Both the position numbers and the translations under genes were made by a program. A model generated the notes under the pieces. It was given only the letters and a program-made list of their open reading frames with translations. It was not told the origin of the DNA and searched no databases. Of a DNA stretch of 64,000 bases, positions 40,717 to 55,804 are shown in pieces; within the stretch, counting starts at the first letter, position 1; every line of letters begins with the position of its first letter. Source of the DNA: Octopus vulgaris (Eukaryota); the NCBI GenBank assembly GCA_951406725.2, contig OX597822.1, positions 106,206,001 through 106,270,000 of the forward strand, written 5' to 3'.

Positions 40717-40815
40717 TTATATTATATTATATAATATATATATATTTATATATATATATATAATATAATTATATATACGGGATGTATGTATGTATGTACA
40801 GTTAGATAGATAGAT

Positions 40816-40888
<73 letters not shown>

Positions 40889-40892
40889 CAAG

Positions 40893-40977
<85 letters not shown>

Positions 40978-40978
40978 G

Positions 40979-41035
<57 letters not shown>

Positions 41036-41037
<2 letters not shown>

Positions 41038-41293
41038 AACTTAGATAAACTTAGATATGTTTCGACCAAAGATTAGTCCAGGCCATGTCTAACTTAATAG
41101 CACCACCTGATAGGATTATTCGAATCCTGTTTAAGTCAAGTTTTGTTCAAGTAGTGAGTTCTTGTTGGGTGAGTTGTATCCAATTATGGGTGGCTTATCT
41201 GGTATTCTTTGAAGGAATCTATCCAGACTCTGTTTAAAGTTGATGGGATCCTTTTCCTCTTTGATCTCCCTCGGGACAATGTTAAATAGGGCG
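41036..41293 (-). mobile_element. 3' end of a CR1-clade LINE
   Basis: Minus strand ALFNIVPREIKEEKDPINFKQSLDRFLQRIPDKP...NSLLE; tail repeats TATCTAAGTT. Confidence 0.85.
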
Positions 41294-41717
41294 TATATAT
41301 GTATGTATGTATGTATGTGCGTGAGTGTATGTGTCTGTCTGAGTTTGTCTCATAAACAGTTTGACGACAGGTGTCGGTTTGTTTACGTCCCAGTACCTTA
41401 GCGGTTTAACAAAAACGTCGAAAAAAGAATAATTAAGATATTTTAAAATGACTACCAGGTCGATTTCATTGACTTTAAAGCCATGCCCAGCTTGGCCTCA
41501 CTTTTGTGACTGGAACGTGTAAAGCAATAAAATAATAAGCAATGATTAGTGAGTCAGACGTTCTCTGACTCCGTAGAAACCATTGAAAGTATGTCCAAAC
41601 CATCCTCTCTTATGTTCCCTAATAGTTGTACCTAGGTTAGCATTAACTAATGTGTCCTACCTTTAAAACGATGATCAGAGACATGAGGGAGATTTAAGTG
41701 CTACTTCAGAAGGAATA

Positions 41718-41950
41718 ACTATTTCTTTACTACCCACAAGGGGCTAAACACAGAGAGGACAAACAAGGATAGGCAAACGGATTAAGTCGATTACATCGAT
41801 CCCAGTGCGTAACTGGTACTTAATTTATCGACCCCGAAAGGATGAAAAGCAAGGTCGACCTTGGCAGAATTTGAACTCAGAACGTAATGGCAGACAAAAT
41901 ACGGCTACGCATTTCGCCCGGTGTGCTAACGTTTCTGCCAGCTCGCCGCC
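41718..41950 (-). mobile_element. Full-length SINE family C with 13-bp TSD
   Basis: TTCAGAAGGAATA at 41705-41717 and 41951-41963. Confidence 0.93.
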
Positions 41951-42368
41951 TTCAGAAGGAATACCGACTATGGTAAGGTACACACGTTGGCTCAAAATAT
42001 GAGTTAAATTAAAGAAAAAATTATAAACATTCATCGTTAGTGTTTTGTGATGTTTACATAACACATATAAATGGAGGCAGACAGTTAAATATGATAATAA
42101 CGGTTACTTATTTCGGCATAGTGATAGCAATCTTGAGGGGTGGGGTTTAGTCGATACCATCAACCGGTACTTGACTGGTACTTTCTTTTATCGGCTCCGG
42201 GGGTGGGGTGAAATACAAAGGTAATCCTTGTGGGAATGGAGCTTAAAAAGTGAAGAATCGGAAAAAATACCAACAAATTATTTTGTCCGATGCTCTGGCG
42301 ATTCTGCCAAGATGCCATAATTTTTAATTATGAAACAAACAGCCAACGAGGAAGCCCCTCTCTCTTCG

Positions 42369-42468
<100 letters not shown>

Positions 42469-42569
42469 TAGAAATAACAACAAAATCTAATCTCCTTCAT
42501 GTAAAATTCTGCCGCTTTAAAAGAGGGAAGGAGAAATACAATAATGTAGAACTAGATATTCTAAGCCTG

Positions 42570-42877
42570 TTGTTTTTGTTTGTTCCTTCTCGAGCAATGC
42601 CTGGATCATAAGGGCCGGTTTCCCGGTTTCTTTGGCGTAGACTCCCCACCTGGACGGCACACCGGTCTGTCACAGGTGAGCTGCAAGATGCAGAAGGAAA
42701 GAGTGAGAGAAAGTTGTGGCGAAAGAGTCAGCTGAAGTTCGCTATTACTTTCTGCCGGAGCCGCGTGGAGCTTAGGTGTTTCGCTCATAAACACACACAT
42801 CGCTCGGTTTGAGATTTGAACCGGCGATCCCTCGACTATGAGTCCGCTGCTCTAACCACTAGGCCATGTGCCTCCAC
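42570..42877 (-). mobile_element. SINE family A with V-like core and 14-bp TSD
   Basis: ATATTCTAAG(C/T)CTG at 42556-42569 and 42878-42891. Confidence 0.9.
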
Positions 42878-43014
42878 ATATTCTAAGTCTGAAAAAAAAC
42901 AGAAATTATGATGGCAGCTGGGAATGATTTTGATCATAGGTTTTCTTAATTATGCATAACCTACAGTGAAGAAACGAAAGCAATAAGGGGGTACTATATT
43001 TTAAAAGTATAGAG

Positions 43015-43174
43015 AGCGTAGGAGTGGATGTGTGGTAAGTAGCTTGCTTACTAACCAAATGGTTCCGGGTTCAGTCCCACTGCGTGGCACCTTGGGCACG
43101 TATCTTCTACTATAGCCTCGGGCCGACCAAAGCCTTGTGAGTGGATTTGGTAGACTGAAACTGACAGAAACCCG

Positions 43175-43269
<95 letters not shown>

Positions 43270-43487
43270 TGTGTGTGCGTATGTCTATGTTTGTCCCCCA
43301 ACATCGCTCGACAACCGATGCTGGTGTGTTTACTTCCTTGCAACTTAGTGGTTCGGCAAAAGAGACTGATAGAGTAAGTACTAGGCTTACAAAGAATAAG
43401 TCCTGGGGTCTATTTGCTCGACTAAAGGCGATGCTCCAGCATGGCCACAGTCAAATGACTGAAACAAGTAAAAGAGTAAAAGAGAGA
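43015..43487 (+). mobile_element. SINE family B with expanded internal (GT)n
   Basis: Full-length homology; lies about 270 nt upstream of the terminal exon acceptor. Confidence 0.92.
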
Positions 43488-43757
43488 TTTTGAGGCATTA
43501 GTAGTACTTTTTTATTTGCTTATTCAGTATATTCAGTATTTCAACAACATTTCATATATTTTTGAGGTTTTTCATAAAAAAAGTTACCATCTGAATAGTT
43601 ACAATTCGTACAGTCACCAGTTATATTATGCTCTTGATTAATTGCCAATGTTACATTCCAACAGTGCATTTTAAACGAAATACTTTTCCAAACATGTATA
43701 ACAAAAAGTATTTTTAAATCTACATTTGTGCCTCTTTTTTTTTCTCTCCAATTACAG

Positions 43758-43956
43758 GCGAATGCATAATTTCGAAAATGAATTATGCAATACAGTGGAT
43801 GCCATTCTTGAAATTCTTGGACACAAGCCAACAGTGGGGCGTGAATGTGAAATGGTACACAGTGGCCCCCGAATGGAAAAACCGGCGCGACAGAAAGGTG
43901 TCAGGACTATTCGGTCTCCCAGTGAAGGAGAATTACACACATTCCATAAACAATAA
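43758..43956 (+). CDS. KCNH2-like: Terminal coding exon of the same putative ERG/KCNH channel
   Basis: Strong acceptor ttttttttctctccaattacAG at 43756-57; phase 2 matches the 12509 donor (CA+G=Gln). Spliced peptide IDLRLENINQRMHNFENELCNTVDAILEIL aligns without gaps to the hERG coiled coil as recalled ([30 protein letters not shown]). Stop TAA ends 43956. Confidence 0.75.
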
Positions 43957-44129
43957 TCAAAACTTATCTAAAATTGATTTTCGTTTCATAATATACTTAT
44001 TACTTTAATATTGCTTATGGTGTATATTTATAACAGCTGTATCGCTAAAATATTTGTTTTTTATAATATAATATAATATAATAATTTATAATGATGATAA
44101 TACTAAACGTATTGATAATAATTCCGAAA

Positions 44130-44135
44130 AATAAA
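44130..44135 (+). promoter_or_regulatory. Possible proximal polyadenylation signal
   Basis: AATAAA about 170 nt after the stop; such hexamers are common in AT-rich DNA. Confidence 0.2.
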
Positions 44136-44519
44136 TTTAAAAAATCAAAGAAAAACAAATATAAACAGAGTGGAGAATATGAAAAAAATGGAAAAAAAAG
44201 TGTGAATACAAAGAACAAGCTGAAGATATTGGAACCAAAAGAGTTTAGGAATTAGAAGAATGTTGTTGCTGTTGTTATTGTTACAGATTTTATGAGTTTT
44301 AAAGATATTTACCCTGTAACTTTCTTTCAGACGAGATCTACTGTTCTTTGTTAAGTTACTGTTTGAGCTTTTGATTACGTCCCTTAGTGGAACTGAGCTC
44401 TCCATGCTTAAAGTTTCACTTTTCTGTATGAAATCATTTCCATCATCATCATCATCGTTGTTGTTGTTGTTGTTATTGTTGCTATTTTTGTTGTTGTTGT
44501 TATTTTTCATAAGAGCAGA

Positions 44520-44745
44520 AGGAAAACGGTGAGTTGGCCGAAATGATACGACATCGAACAAAATGCCTTAGAGTATTTGATTTCGTCCTTCTGTATTTGA
44601 GTTCAAATCTCGCAGGTGTCGAATTTGCCTTTCATCCCTCCAAGATTGATAATAAAATGAAGTACCAGTAATACTCTGGGAGGATTCGATTGACTGCGTC
44701 ACTCAACTCTGACGTTTGGCCTTGTGCATACTCCAAAAGAAGCAA
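44520..44745 (+). mobile_element. Decayed SINE family C
   Basis: GAGTTCAAATCTCGC...TTTGCCTTTCATCCCTC...AGTACCAGT. Confidence 0.65.
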
Positions 44746-44849
44746 TTGTTATACAAGGAAATATATACACACATAGATATATATATGTGTGTGTATGTGT
44801 ATGTGTGTATGTACATATGTAAGCATAATATGTGTGAGTGTATTTATAG

Positions 44850-44927
<78 letters not shown>

Positions 44928-46052
44928 CACTGCGATATCGTACATTCGTATGCACATCTTTATAAAATGAATTTACATGTTTTCCAGCATTCACCCACCT
45001 TGGTTTTCCTTCATATACCGTTAGCACTTAAAAATAGGCATTTTTTTTTTTTCTCATGCGTAGCATTACTGCATTTTGTGAAAACCTTCTGGTATCAAAG
45101 TATATAAATGGAAAGAAATATAATTTCCATATTTTGCTTACAAAAATTTTTATTTTCGTTTACAATATATTCTTTTAGCAAAATTTATTCCGTTCCATTA
45201 TCTTAACCCCTTTTAACCTGCTGTATGATAATACGTTATTCTCTGCGTATGCAGTTATCTATTTAATAAAACAAAAACTTCATCGTTAATTTTTTTATAT
45301 ATTAGACAATAAAAGTTTTAAGTTTTCCTTATTATCAGGGTGGGTGTTGTTACTAAGAGATTCTTGCTATTAGAATATAAATATCTCTTTATTTATTGTA
45401 ACTTAACAGTAGGGTACATTAAATATTGATTTTATAATAGACTGAAGGTTTAGCTCATAACGATTAGTGTGACCTCATATTTGTATATCATGAAAATTGA
45501 TACTACTTATCGACAAGGCAAAAAATATTTTATACATATTCTAGATTGAAATAAAATATTTTCATGGACCAAATATTCTTATGAAAGCAATACGTAGTCT
45601 TCATTCGAGAACGTCAAGTGACGGATGTATACACAATTCTGAATATGAAGTTAATGACTTGTTTGCAGCGGAACCTGAAACTTTATAATGCATAAAAACT
45701 TTATAATGCATAAAAAGGCATGTAGAATTATGTACATGGCATAAAGAGAACAGAGTGCCTTAACAAATATATATTAATGAGATTGAGCTGCTTGTCCAAT
45801 ATGTTAGTCACTCATCTCTATATATATGCCCACCCAAACGATAGAAAGATAAAAACATAGTAGTATGTATATTTTAATTTGTTATAAAAAAATTTAATTT
45901 ATGATTCGAAATTTAAAAGTAGAGAACCACTGAGCATTCTGTTCTTTGAGAAAAATGTCCCATGAGAGCTTTAAATACTTAACAATTAAGACAATAGAAT
46001 TATTTTCAGTCATACGGCCCTGGTGTAAAAAGATTATGCATATGTATATACA

Positions 46053-46207
<155 letters not shown>

Positions 46208-46646
46208 AAAAGGTGATGAACTGAATTCCGTACAGAATTAATTGTTAATTTATCAGAATTTCTTTCCAAGTTTCAGAAAAATAACAAAATCTAGCGGTAA
46301 TTATTGCTGAGTGTCAAAGGAAAGGGGAGATAATTTCAAGCAATTAATAATTATTTCCCTACTAAATTTGACAAGCTTACAGAAATTTCAGTCTGATGTT
46401 TTTGTTTTTGTTTTTTTTTTGCATAAGAAAACCATGGGTGTACGTTTCTAAGTGTTTGACTTCACCATCAAGTTTACACACCCACACACTTACACAAACA
46501 CATGCATGCATATGTATATATAATACATATATACACATATACATATATATTTACGTATGTATTATGTATATACTCACAGACACGCGCATACACACATGCA
46601 TACATGTGCGTGCGTGTGTGTGTTTGTGTGTTTGTGTGTGTGTGCG

Positions 46647-46698
<52 letters not shown>

Positions 46699-47522
46699 CG
46701 TGTGTGTGTGTGTATGTGTGTGTAACCCGTGATTTATGTGCTGAATTCAATTTTTTTTCCGTTTGCTATTACAAACCTAAATATGTAAGTGTCTGTATGT
46801 ACACATGTATTTTGAAAAGTGATGTAAATACTATATATATGTTCGTATACGGGGTGATATGTTCTTTATAAGAATTCTATACTTAATGTTATTTCTATAC
46901 AATCTCATTGACATTGGGTGCAAAATCTGAATTTATTTATTGACTATTTCAATTTAATCCTTGATCAAAACCTCCAGTAGTCAATTCCATTGTGCGTTAG
47001 ACATCCAAGTCCAAAATCCAAGATTTAGTAGTTTTTTCGAGGATTATAATCCCGAATGACTATTTTCGAAGTCTATGCCAAATTTGGATTTGACCGTGCA
47101 CAAACAAGTTGGTTCACTAACATATATGTATGCCATTAAGCCACTATTCAATAAATGTAAAGGCACTCCCATGTTAGCTTCTCTCAACGCGCTTAGTATG
47201 TTTTCTATTAACTTCATTTATTCAATTTTACAAAGCAAACGTGTGTATGGTAGCACAGAAGCAAAAAAAAAATTTCTTCTTTTTGCTAATATTCTCCTAT
47301 CTCTATTTTAAGCTTAATAGAAAATAACTTATTTAAGGATACCACTAAAGTTAAGAAATGTTACTTTTGTCTTTATTACTTGTGGTTTTAGAAATGTACT
47401 TTGCGTGTTTCCTTTCATAAAACAATAAGTCCACCTTGGAATACATTGTTTAAGATTAACAGGCTTCTGGAGATCAACAACAATGTTCGATATTATTATT
47501 ATTATTATTATCATTATTATTA

Positions 47523-47581
<59 letters not shown>

Positions 47582-47591
47582 GTGATTATGA

Positions 47592-47688
47592 TTGAGTGAG
47601 AGAGTAGTGCATGTCATCAAAGTAACACTGGGCTAAAAATATACGAAGCCCAGTATACCCATCATGACTACCCGTCTGATAAGGGTAC
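47592..47688 (-). mobile_element. Probable non-LTR 3'UTR fragment inserted in (ATT)n (Dong/R4-like)
   Basis: ~100 nt unique block embedded within a continuous (ATT)n tract; no coding evidence. Confidence 0.4.
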
Positions 47689-47755
<67 letters not shown>

Positions 47756-49503
47756 GTCACCATCATCATTATCATTATTATTACTATCAAAAGCAATAGC
47801 AGCGGCAGCAACAAAAGTAGTAGTTAAACGCTAAGCATTAAATGAAGACGATAAATTTTCGATGAATATACATAATTTATGAAGAAAGGGCAACTTCAAT
47901 TTTTCTATTTATATTTTGTATTCAACAATTGAATAACCTGATTACGGAATTTGTCCAATTGCTTTCCAAATTTTACATGACCCATTCTTCATGCTTGTTT
48001 TTTTGGATATGTTATCAAAGAGTTAAAAATTTACAAATTACTAAATATGCACTTTGTGAGAATTGGGTCGCAGCAGATGCGGCAACTAAACGATTTATAA
48101 AACTTTGCGCGCCCTTCAAAGTAATGTGTATAAGTTTTGTAACGCATATTCTATTTGCTATTGTTATTATTAGTTTATATTATATAGTAATTACACCATA
48201 TAATAGTAATGTATATTGACTGCTTTTCTTATTGCTTTATAAAACAAAAACATATCTTAACGGTAAAGATTCATGAAATGAAAATATTTTTTTTACACAA
48301 TGTTCAAAAATACGAAAAAAAATATGTTGATGTCAATTGTGTCAGACGTAATGGGGGAGAACTATGTGTCGGCTGCTAGCAACCTCTATAACCGACCGAA
48401 AATTACCTGTGAAATATGAATTCGATAATTCACCAATTACTACTCTTTCTTCTTTTTTTTATATTTTCTTCTGTACAAACTCTCATATGAACTGATATAA
48501 ATTTATATAACATTAAAACCATTGATTAAACGAGAGAGGGCATAAATGAAAAACAAAAGACTTTTAGCGGATGAGAGTAAAGTGTGTATTGTCTTTTGAT
48601 TTTTACAAAGATGTTTCCATAAAACGTATGACAAAAAAAAAGACATATAATATCTGAAATGCTTGAATATTTTAAGAAATTTTAAGAATATTTTAAGAAT
48701 TTATTTTAAAAATCAAAATATAAAATAATGACTCTTCTTGACGTTCTCATTCGATATTATATTTTGGATTATTGAATGAATAGACAGTATCGTGAATATT
48801 TTATATACAATTTCCAGAAAATGCTTTAGCTACACGTAAACAATGTGTTTTAGAGTGTAGCTAAGAGCAGAAGGTTTTCTTTTATATATACACACACATA
48901 TATATAAAAATACTTAACCTGACGTTGCCTTTATTTTCCAAAGCAATGAGCATTGCATCCCCACATTTATTATCAGCACACCAAGTTTAAAGTTTCCTCA
49001 TTATGATGGAAACTTCAGGCATATAATTCGAGTGCCAAAAGTAACAAGGGTTCACATAAGAAGCAAAGGAAGTGCTTATATTTACATCTACATTTTTGGG
49101 TTTTTTTCCTTTTCTTTATAGACTCTGGAAATTGTAATAAATAATGATATAGCAATTATTTATTATAATTCAGGAATCTGATAATGTTTAAACTATATAT
49201 GATGTTATGTTTTAATTTTTTTTAACACAAACATATGTATATGGTGATGCTTAATACTACATTTCGGTTTCTGAAATTTGAAAGTTTAGTGATAACAAGT
49301 ACACTACAAAGTAACATACCTGTATGTATTACAATTCTAAAATGATAACCTTACTTTCTGAAATGTTTTGTAATTTTGCATTACCATAATTCTTATCTAA
49401 AGTGATAACAAGAAATACACCAAACTTTTCTTAATGAGAAAAAAGTTACATTATACAATGAGTATTTATATAACAAGGAAGATGTGCATGCAGAATTATA
49501 TAT

Positions 49504-49540
<37 letters not shown>

Positions 49541-49638
49541 GAAATACTCACATATATATATACATATATATACATACATATATGTATATATATATATATA
49601 TATATGTATATAATGTATATATTCATATATATATATGC

Positions 49639-49691
<53 letters not shown>

Positions 49692-49983
49692 CATGTATGT
49701 ATTGCATGTATGTGTATGTTATATGTATATATACATAAAAGTGAAGAAATTGTGATAATTTGTATTGTTATTTGAATGTACATATTGTAAGAAGACCAAA
49801 TTGTGTGACATTTTATTGGTGGCAATCAATATACTGCAACTGCGTGAGATTGGTTTCCAACTTTCTTTCAATTACTGCCCGAGATTATTCAAGGAATTAA
49901 AACTAATGTTGGCGTAAGAGAAAGACATGGAGCAAACACAATACTACATATATATATATACATATATATATAATACATATATA

Positions 49984-50028
<45 letters not shown>

Positions 50029-50119
50029 ATGGGGTTGATAGGAAAATTACCAAACTATTGCTAACTTTGATAGTCTTTGTTTTTTAAATTATTTAAGGCC
50101 CATTTAATTAACAAGGAAG

Positions 50120-50483
50120 TCAAAATAACAATAACAATAACGCTAATAATAATATTTACTAATATTATTATTATCATTATTATTATGACTACTACTACTA
50201 CTATTATTATTATTGTTATCATTATTATTATTACTATTATTATTAATGCTAGCAGCATAACTACTAATACTTTTAGAGTTGTTGTTTCCCTAGTTGTTAC
50301 AGTTGTTACTGTTGCTCATGTCTCTTTTTGTTATTGTAATTACTGTTGTTGTTGCAGTTCCTGTTGCTGGTAATACAATCGTGAATGTTATTGTTTTCGT
50401 TATTATTATTGTTATTATTATTATTAATATTATCATTATTATTATTATTATTATTGTTATTATTATTATTATTATCATTATTA

Positions 50484-50560
<77 letters not shown>

Positions 50561-50645
50561 AGCCCCTGTGGCTAATAAAATAAATCATTATTATCATTAG
50601 AAAATTATTAAGTTATTATTATTATATTATTGTTGTTGTTATTGT
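50120..50645. repeat. (ATT)n/(GTT)n compound microsatellite
   Basis: Directly visible. Confidence 0.95.
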
Positions 50646-50939
50646 TGATATTATCATTGTGTCTTATTTTTATTTTATTTTATTTTTACGTTATTTTATG
50701 GTAATTTTTTCTCCTTATTCTTGTTCTTGTTAATGATGCGAGCCTCAAAATGATGATAGAATCCCTGCGAACCAGTCACAAATGTTTCATTTATGATTTT
50801 AATGCTTTTGGGAATAAACGTCATGGCGACGGTAAAACTTCTTTCAAAGTTAAATAACTCAATAGTCACATTGCCCATTCGTGGATATATTTAAATAGCC
50901 AAATAATAACTCCTCCTTCCTTGCGTGTTTGAGTGCATA

Positions 50940-51054
<115 letters not shown>

Positions 51055-51202
51055 TAAAACAGTTTGCTTCGGTCCCGTACGACTTAAAGTTTCGTAGCTT
51101 TTTTCTAGGAAGACTACGAACCTTGGGGCCGAATCAAGCTGTTTTACATCATAATATATGTACCTGTTGAGTGCCTCTTTCTTTCGTTTGTCCACTCACC
51201 AG

Positions 51203-51310
<108 letters not shown>

Positions 51311-51729
51311 CATATGTATATTTGTATATACATATACATAAGATGTGATAAAATATATTGTGTAACTACATATATATATGAAAAAGAATATAAAATTGAG
51401 AAGACAAAGCATAGCAAAAAGTAAAAATAAAATGAGAATAACTTTAAAAACCTGTTGTATCCTATGTATCCGGTTTTTCAAAATTATATTTATTAAAACT
51501 CTATATGAAAAACTTTACGTTCCTTGTCTTATAAAATTTTAGATCATTTGATCTCTGTAAACCAAACATTTATCAATTCAATATCGAAATTATAGAGCCA
51601 AAATTATATGACTCGAGAAAATGATCTCAACGTTAATATCAATGATTTTGCGATGGTAACTCACCAACGCCTTTTAATTTGCACTATCTAAAAGGATAGG
51701 CGCAATTATATATATATATATGCATCTAT

Positions 51730-51764
<35 letters not shown>

Positions 51765-52751
51765 CATACACACATACATATATGTATATACATATATATA
51801 TATATATACATATATGTATATACATATGTATATATATATATATATACATATATGTATATACATATGTATATACACATATACATATATATGTATATACATA
51901 TACATATAAATATATATGTATGTGTATATATGTGTACACATATATATTTAAATATGTTTATATATATATATACGCATTTATGAATATATGTATATTTGAA
52001 TTCTATGTATGTATATATGTATGCATGTGTATATATGTATGCATCTGTGTATGTATGTATGTATGCAAGTATGTTTATAGGTACGCATGTATGTATGTAT
52101 AGCTTTTTGCCAATTGAACAAATATTACTGCTTTTAAAATAAACCTAACTGAGCATCTTCTTTAATTTATTACTTTTTTTTTTGGAACTTCGAAACGGTG
52201 TTTGAGATCAGTCATACTCCATTGTTGACTTGAAACAGGTATTTTCGGTCGGTTGAGTTGGCCGGTAGGGCAAGTGCGTTGCCCTTTGGACTCCTTCATC
52301 CGGTGCTAGGAAAACTTTTTTTCAGAAAACTTTAAAATGATTGTTATTGCAATTAGAAATACGTCAGTATACACTGAGCAATTTCTTATTTCTTTACAAG
52401 GAAGCAAACGATGTATAAATATGTGACAAAATACTATCACAGAAGAATTTATGATATTTTTCATGTACCCCAATGAAATGAAAGCTTAACATAATCCCAA
52501 GTCATAGGCACACATACACAGACATAACATGCATATGTATATAAATATATATAGATATATATGTATATATATATATATATATATATACGCGAATATAAAT
52601 GCCTGCATTAGTAAACACTTCTTGGAGTTCACACAAGCACGCAAGCACACATGCACACACGCACCTGTACACATGCACATGCGCACTTACACACAAATAT
52701 ATATATACACATACATGCATATATATATAGTGTGTGTGTGTGTGTGTATGC

Positions 52752-52830
<79 letters not shown>

Positions 52831-53378
52831 TGTATGTATAGGCATCTATGTGTATATTATGAGAGAGAGAAAGGATATGGATGGCTTAGTTGAAATGTTG
52901 GTGTGTAAAGTTCATATCAGTATTTGTGTATGTGTGTAAATGCGTTTATATTAGTGAGAAATCAAGCGATTCGGCATTTTGTGTGGATCTATGCAAGGTG
53001 AACTTCCTCTTAGCTGGCGAAAATGTTTACCTCACATTTTGAATGGAACATAATTCATCTTACTAGAACATAGGATGATGAATATATTTTGGGCATAAAT
53101 GATGAAAACATAGAAGCATTGATAATAAATTAGATATCTACTTATCTTCAGTGTTATTTATCGTTTAATAGCGATCGGAAATACGTATAACCAGAAATAC
53201 TACTCGACTTTTGCAGCTCTTAAAAGGGAGAATAATCGCACAACTATCCATAACTGTGTGTTTGTGTGCAGATATATATGTATAGGCATGTATGGATGTA
53301 TGTAAATGTGTATATGCATGCATTCTATATTCATATATATGTGTGTTGTATGCATGTATATACGTATTTATGTACATG

Positions 53379-53443
<65 letters not shown>

Positions 53444-53450
53444 ATATGTA

Positions 53451-53491
<41 letters not shown>

Positions 53492-55625
53492 GAACGATAT
53501 TTAGTAAAAGAACACATAAGACACTTTAGATCGTATTTCCAAACTAACAAATTTAATTTACAAAATAAAACCGTTGATTTTCAAAGATAGAAATGTTTTA
53601 TTATTTAAAATATCTTTAGCTTCGTAAATATAATGATGCAATTATGAAATAAATACTATTTTCCCTTTATAAATACATATTTCAATTCTCCCTTATTCTT
53701 TATTTTCTTCTTTTATATACTTCGTTCATTTCTTCATCTCCTTATCACTATTTTCTCGCTCTTAGACTCATGCATATGTAAGAATTGAGTACATAATCCT
53801 CCAAATAACATCCAACAATTTTTGAGGATATTTTTCAGATATTTACAATGTAAAACACATCTCTCTGAAATATATCTTATAAGAAACAAAAGTCGCCATC
53901 ACTTATTAATAGACGTGCTGATGTCTTTTGTTTATTTTTAGAAATATCTTTCACATACTATTGTCAAAATGTTCTCAAGTATAGGATAACACTTTCTCTG
54001 GCAGCGATATATTATTGTCACCTCAAATCATTTTGAGGTAAGAAATATATAGTGTCTATGTACTTGTAAATGTTTATGTTCAAACATGTCTACATAAGCT
54101 TTTATATGTATTCACATTTTTCAAAGAGTTCATAGAAATATAAACGGTCTTCCAAATTACATATTCCAACGTATCATTTGACAGAAGTTTGTAAAAATGA
54201 TTTTTCCGATATCATGAAATCAATATTAATATTTCCAAACCAGTCAAATTTAATTTTCTATACATTACTTCAGTGTAAATCACAAGGCCTCGGTGTGAAT
54301 ATGTTTGTACAATTCTGTAACTGCTTTTGGCTATCTTGTATCTAAATTTACAGATAGGTATATATATATACACTTATGCATATAAATGTTCATATATGTG
54401 TGTGTGTGTGTATGTATGCGTGTGTATACATAATTATATGTATAGAGGTTATGAGAGGTAATGGTGTCAATAAGACCCAAAGATGTCAGGCAATGCTGAG
54501 TAAGTGCTATGGATAGACCATAGTTAAGTTCCAGGTTCGGTGATTATGCGAATAAGGAGTCCATCCTACGTCATATATCAGCATAAGCACCCAACACTTG
54601 AATCAGCATTATTAAACGTTAGGTTTTCTTACTTAATCATAAAGAATACATCTTGAATTTAGTGACAAATAGTCATAAACTATTATCAACGTTTCGTATT
54701 TTTCTTAAAATAGTTTCGAAAATAATGATAATCCTTTCACTAAAAGAAATGAATTTGAAATAGTATTCAAAATTATAACTGCGTGAGTGATATTGCTTTA
54801 GAGATATTGTTTCGTTCTGTTTCTTTCTGTATTACAGGATTAATGATTCGTTGTAATCTATCACAGGAATATGAGCCGTCAATTAATTTTCTTCTATTCG
54901 AGACGAAATCATTCCATTCACGTAGACCTTTCAGAAGTGAAAACATTATATCTAAATTTACTTGATATTGATAGATTTCTTTAGTGTTTTAATAGTATTT
55001 TTATGACAATAAATGCCTACAAAAGTTGATATTACAAAATATGGATGCAATAAAAATGAAGCCCTCAAGTGAAGACTTCATAGGCCTAGATTTTAAAAGT
55101 AATATGCATTTTGGCAGAGCAACAGTAGGTTTGAATAAATGATATGCTCAGCATAGAAGTCGTCAAATTATCTGCTAAAAGAATTAGTTCAATATATTTC
55201 TAAATTAAAGACGAAATTATCAATTAATTAACCGTGGGATTTCTCAATATTTAAATCATAAATCTAACGAAAACAGTAAAGCATCTTATCGTATTTATCT
55301 ATTCTCTAAGTATGACAAAAAGCACGACAGTTCACCAATTTTAGTAATTTTTATTTTAAAGTATATGTTCCTTTCATAAAAGTTTCTGAAAATATATCTT
55401 CAGTTCTTGTATGAAAAATCATCTCAATCATGGACGCTACCCATATTCAAATTATATTTTACGTTCAATTTTTAAGGAGAAACTAAAATTAATAATGATC
55501 TAAAATGCTGTGAATATTATTATCTATCACTAAGTCCCAGTCCTGTATTCAGTCGATATGATCAACTATTCCCTTATTCTAAATTCTAAACCTTGGTCCT
55601 ATGTGAGAAATTATTATCATTATTA

Positions 55626-55681
<56 letters not shown>

Positions 55682-55683
<2 letters not shown>

Positions 55684-55804
55684 TTAGTTTTATTTTTATA
55701 ACGTGCTTTCACTTCACCACCGAGCGCAGCTCTGTGTGCCTTGGGTATGTGCTGTGTCTTGTGATGCTCTGATGGTTACTGTATTGAAAGTGTTCTGCGT
55801 AGGA
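55682..55804 (-). mobile_element. 5'-truncated Dong/R4-like LINE 3' end in (TAA)n
   Basis: Minus strand begins LRRTLSIQ-stop (like the C-terminal HILRxxL motif of R4/Dong ORFs), then a 3'UTR ending in (TAA)n; (TAA)n on both flanks. Confidence 0.6.

Noticed and set aside
52266-52310. Helitron 3' end (AGGGCAA/TTGCCCT hairpin then CTAG)
   Set aside because: Only a 7-bp stem, spacing longer than typical, no matching 5' end.
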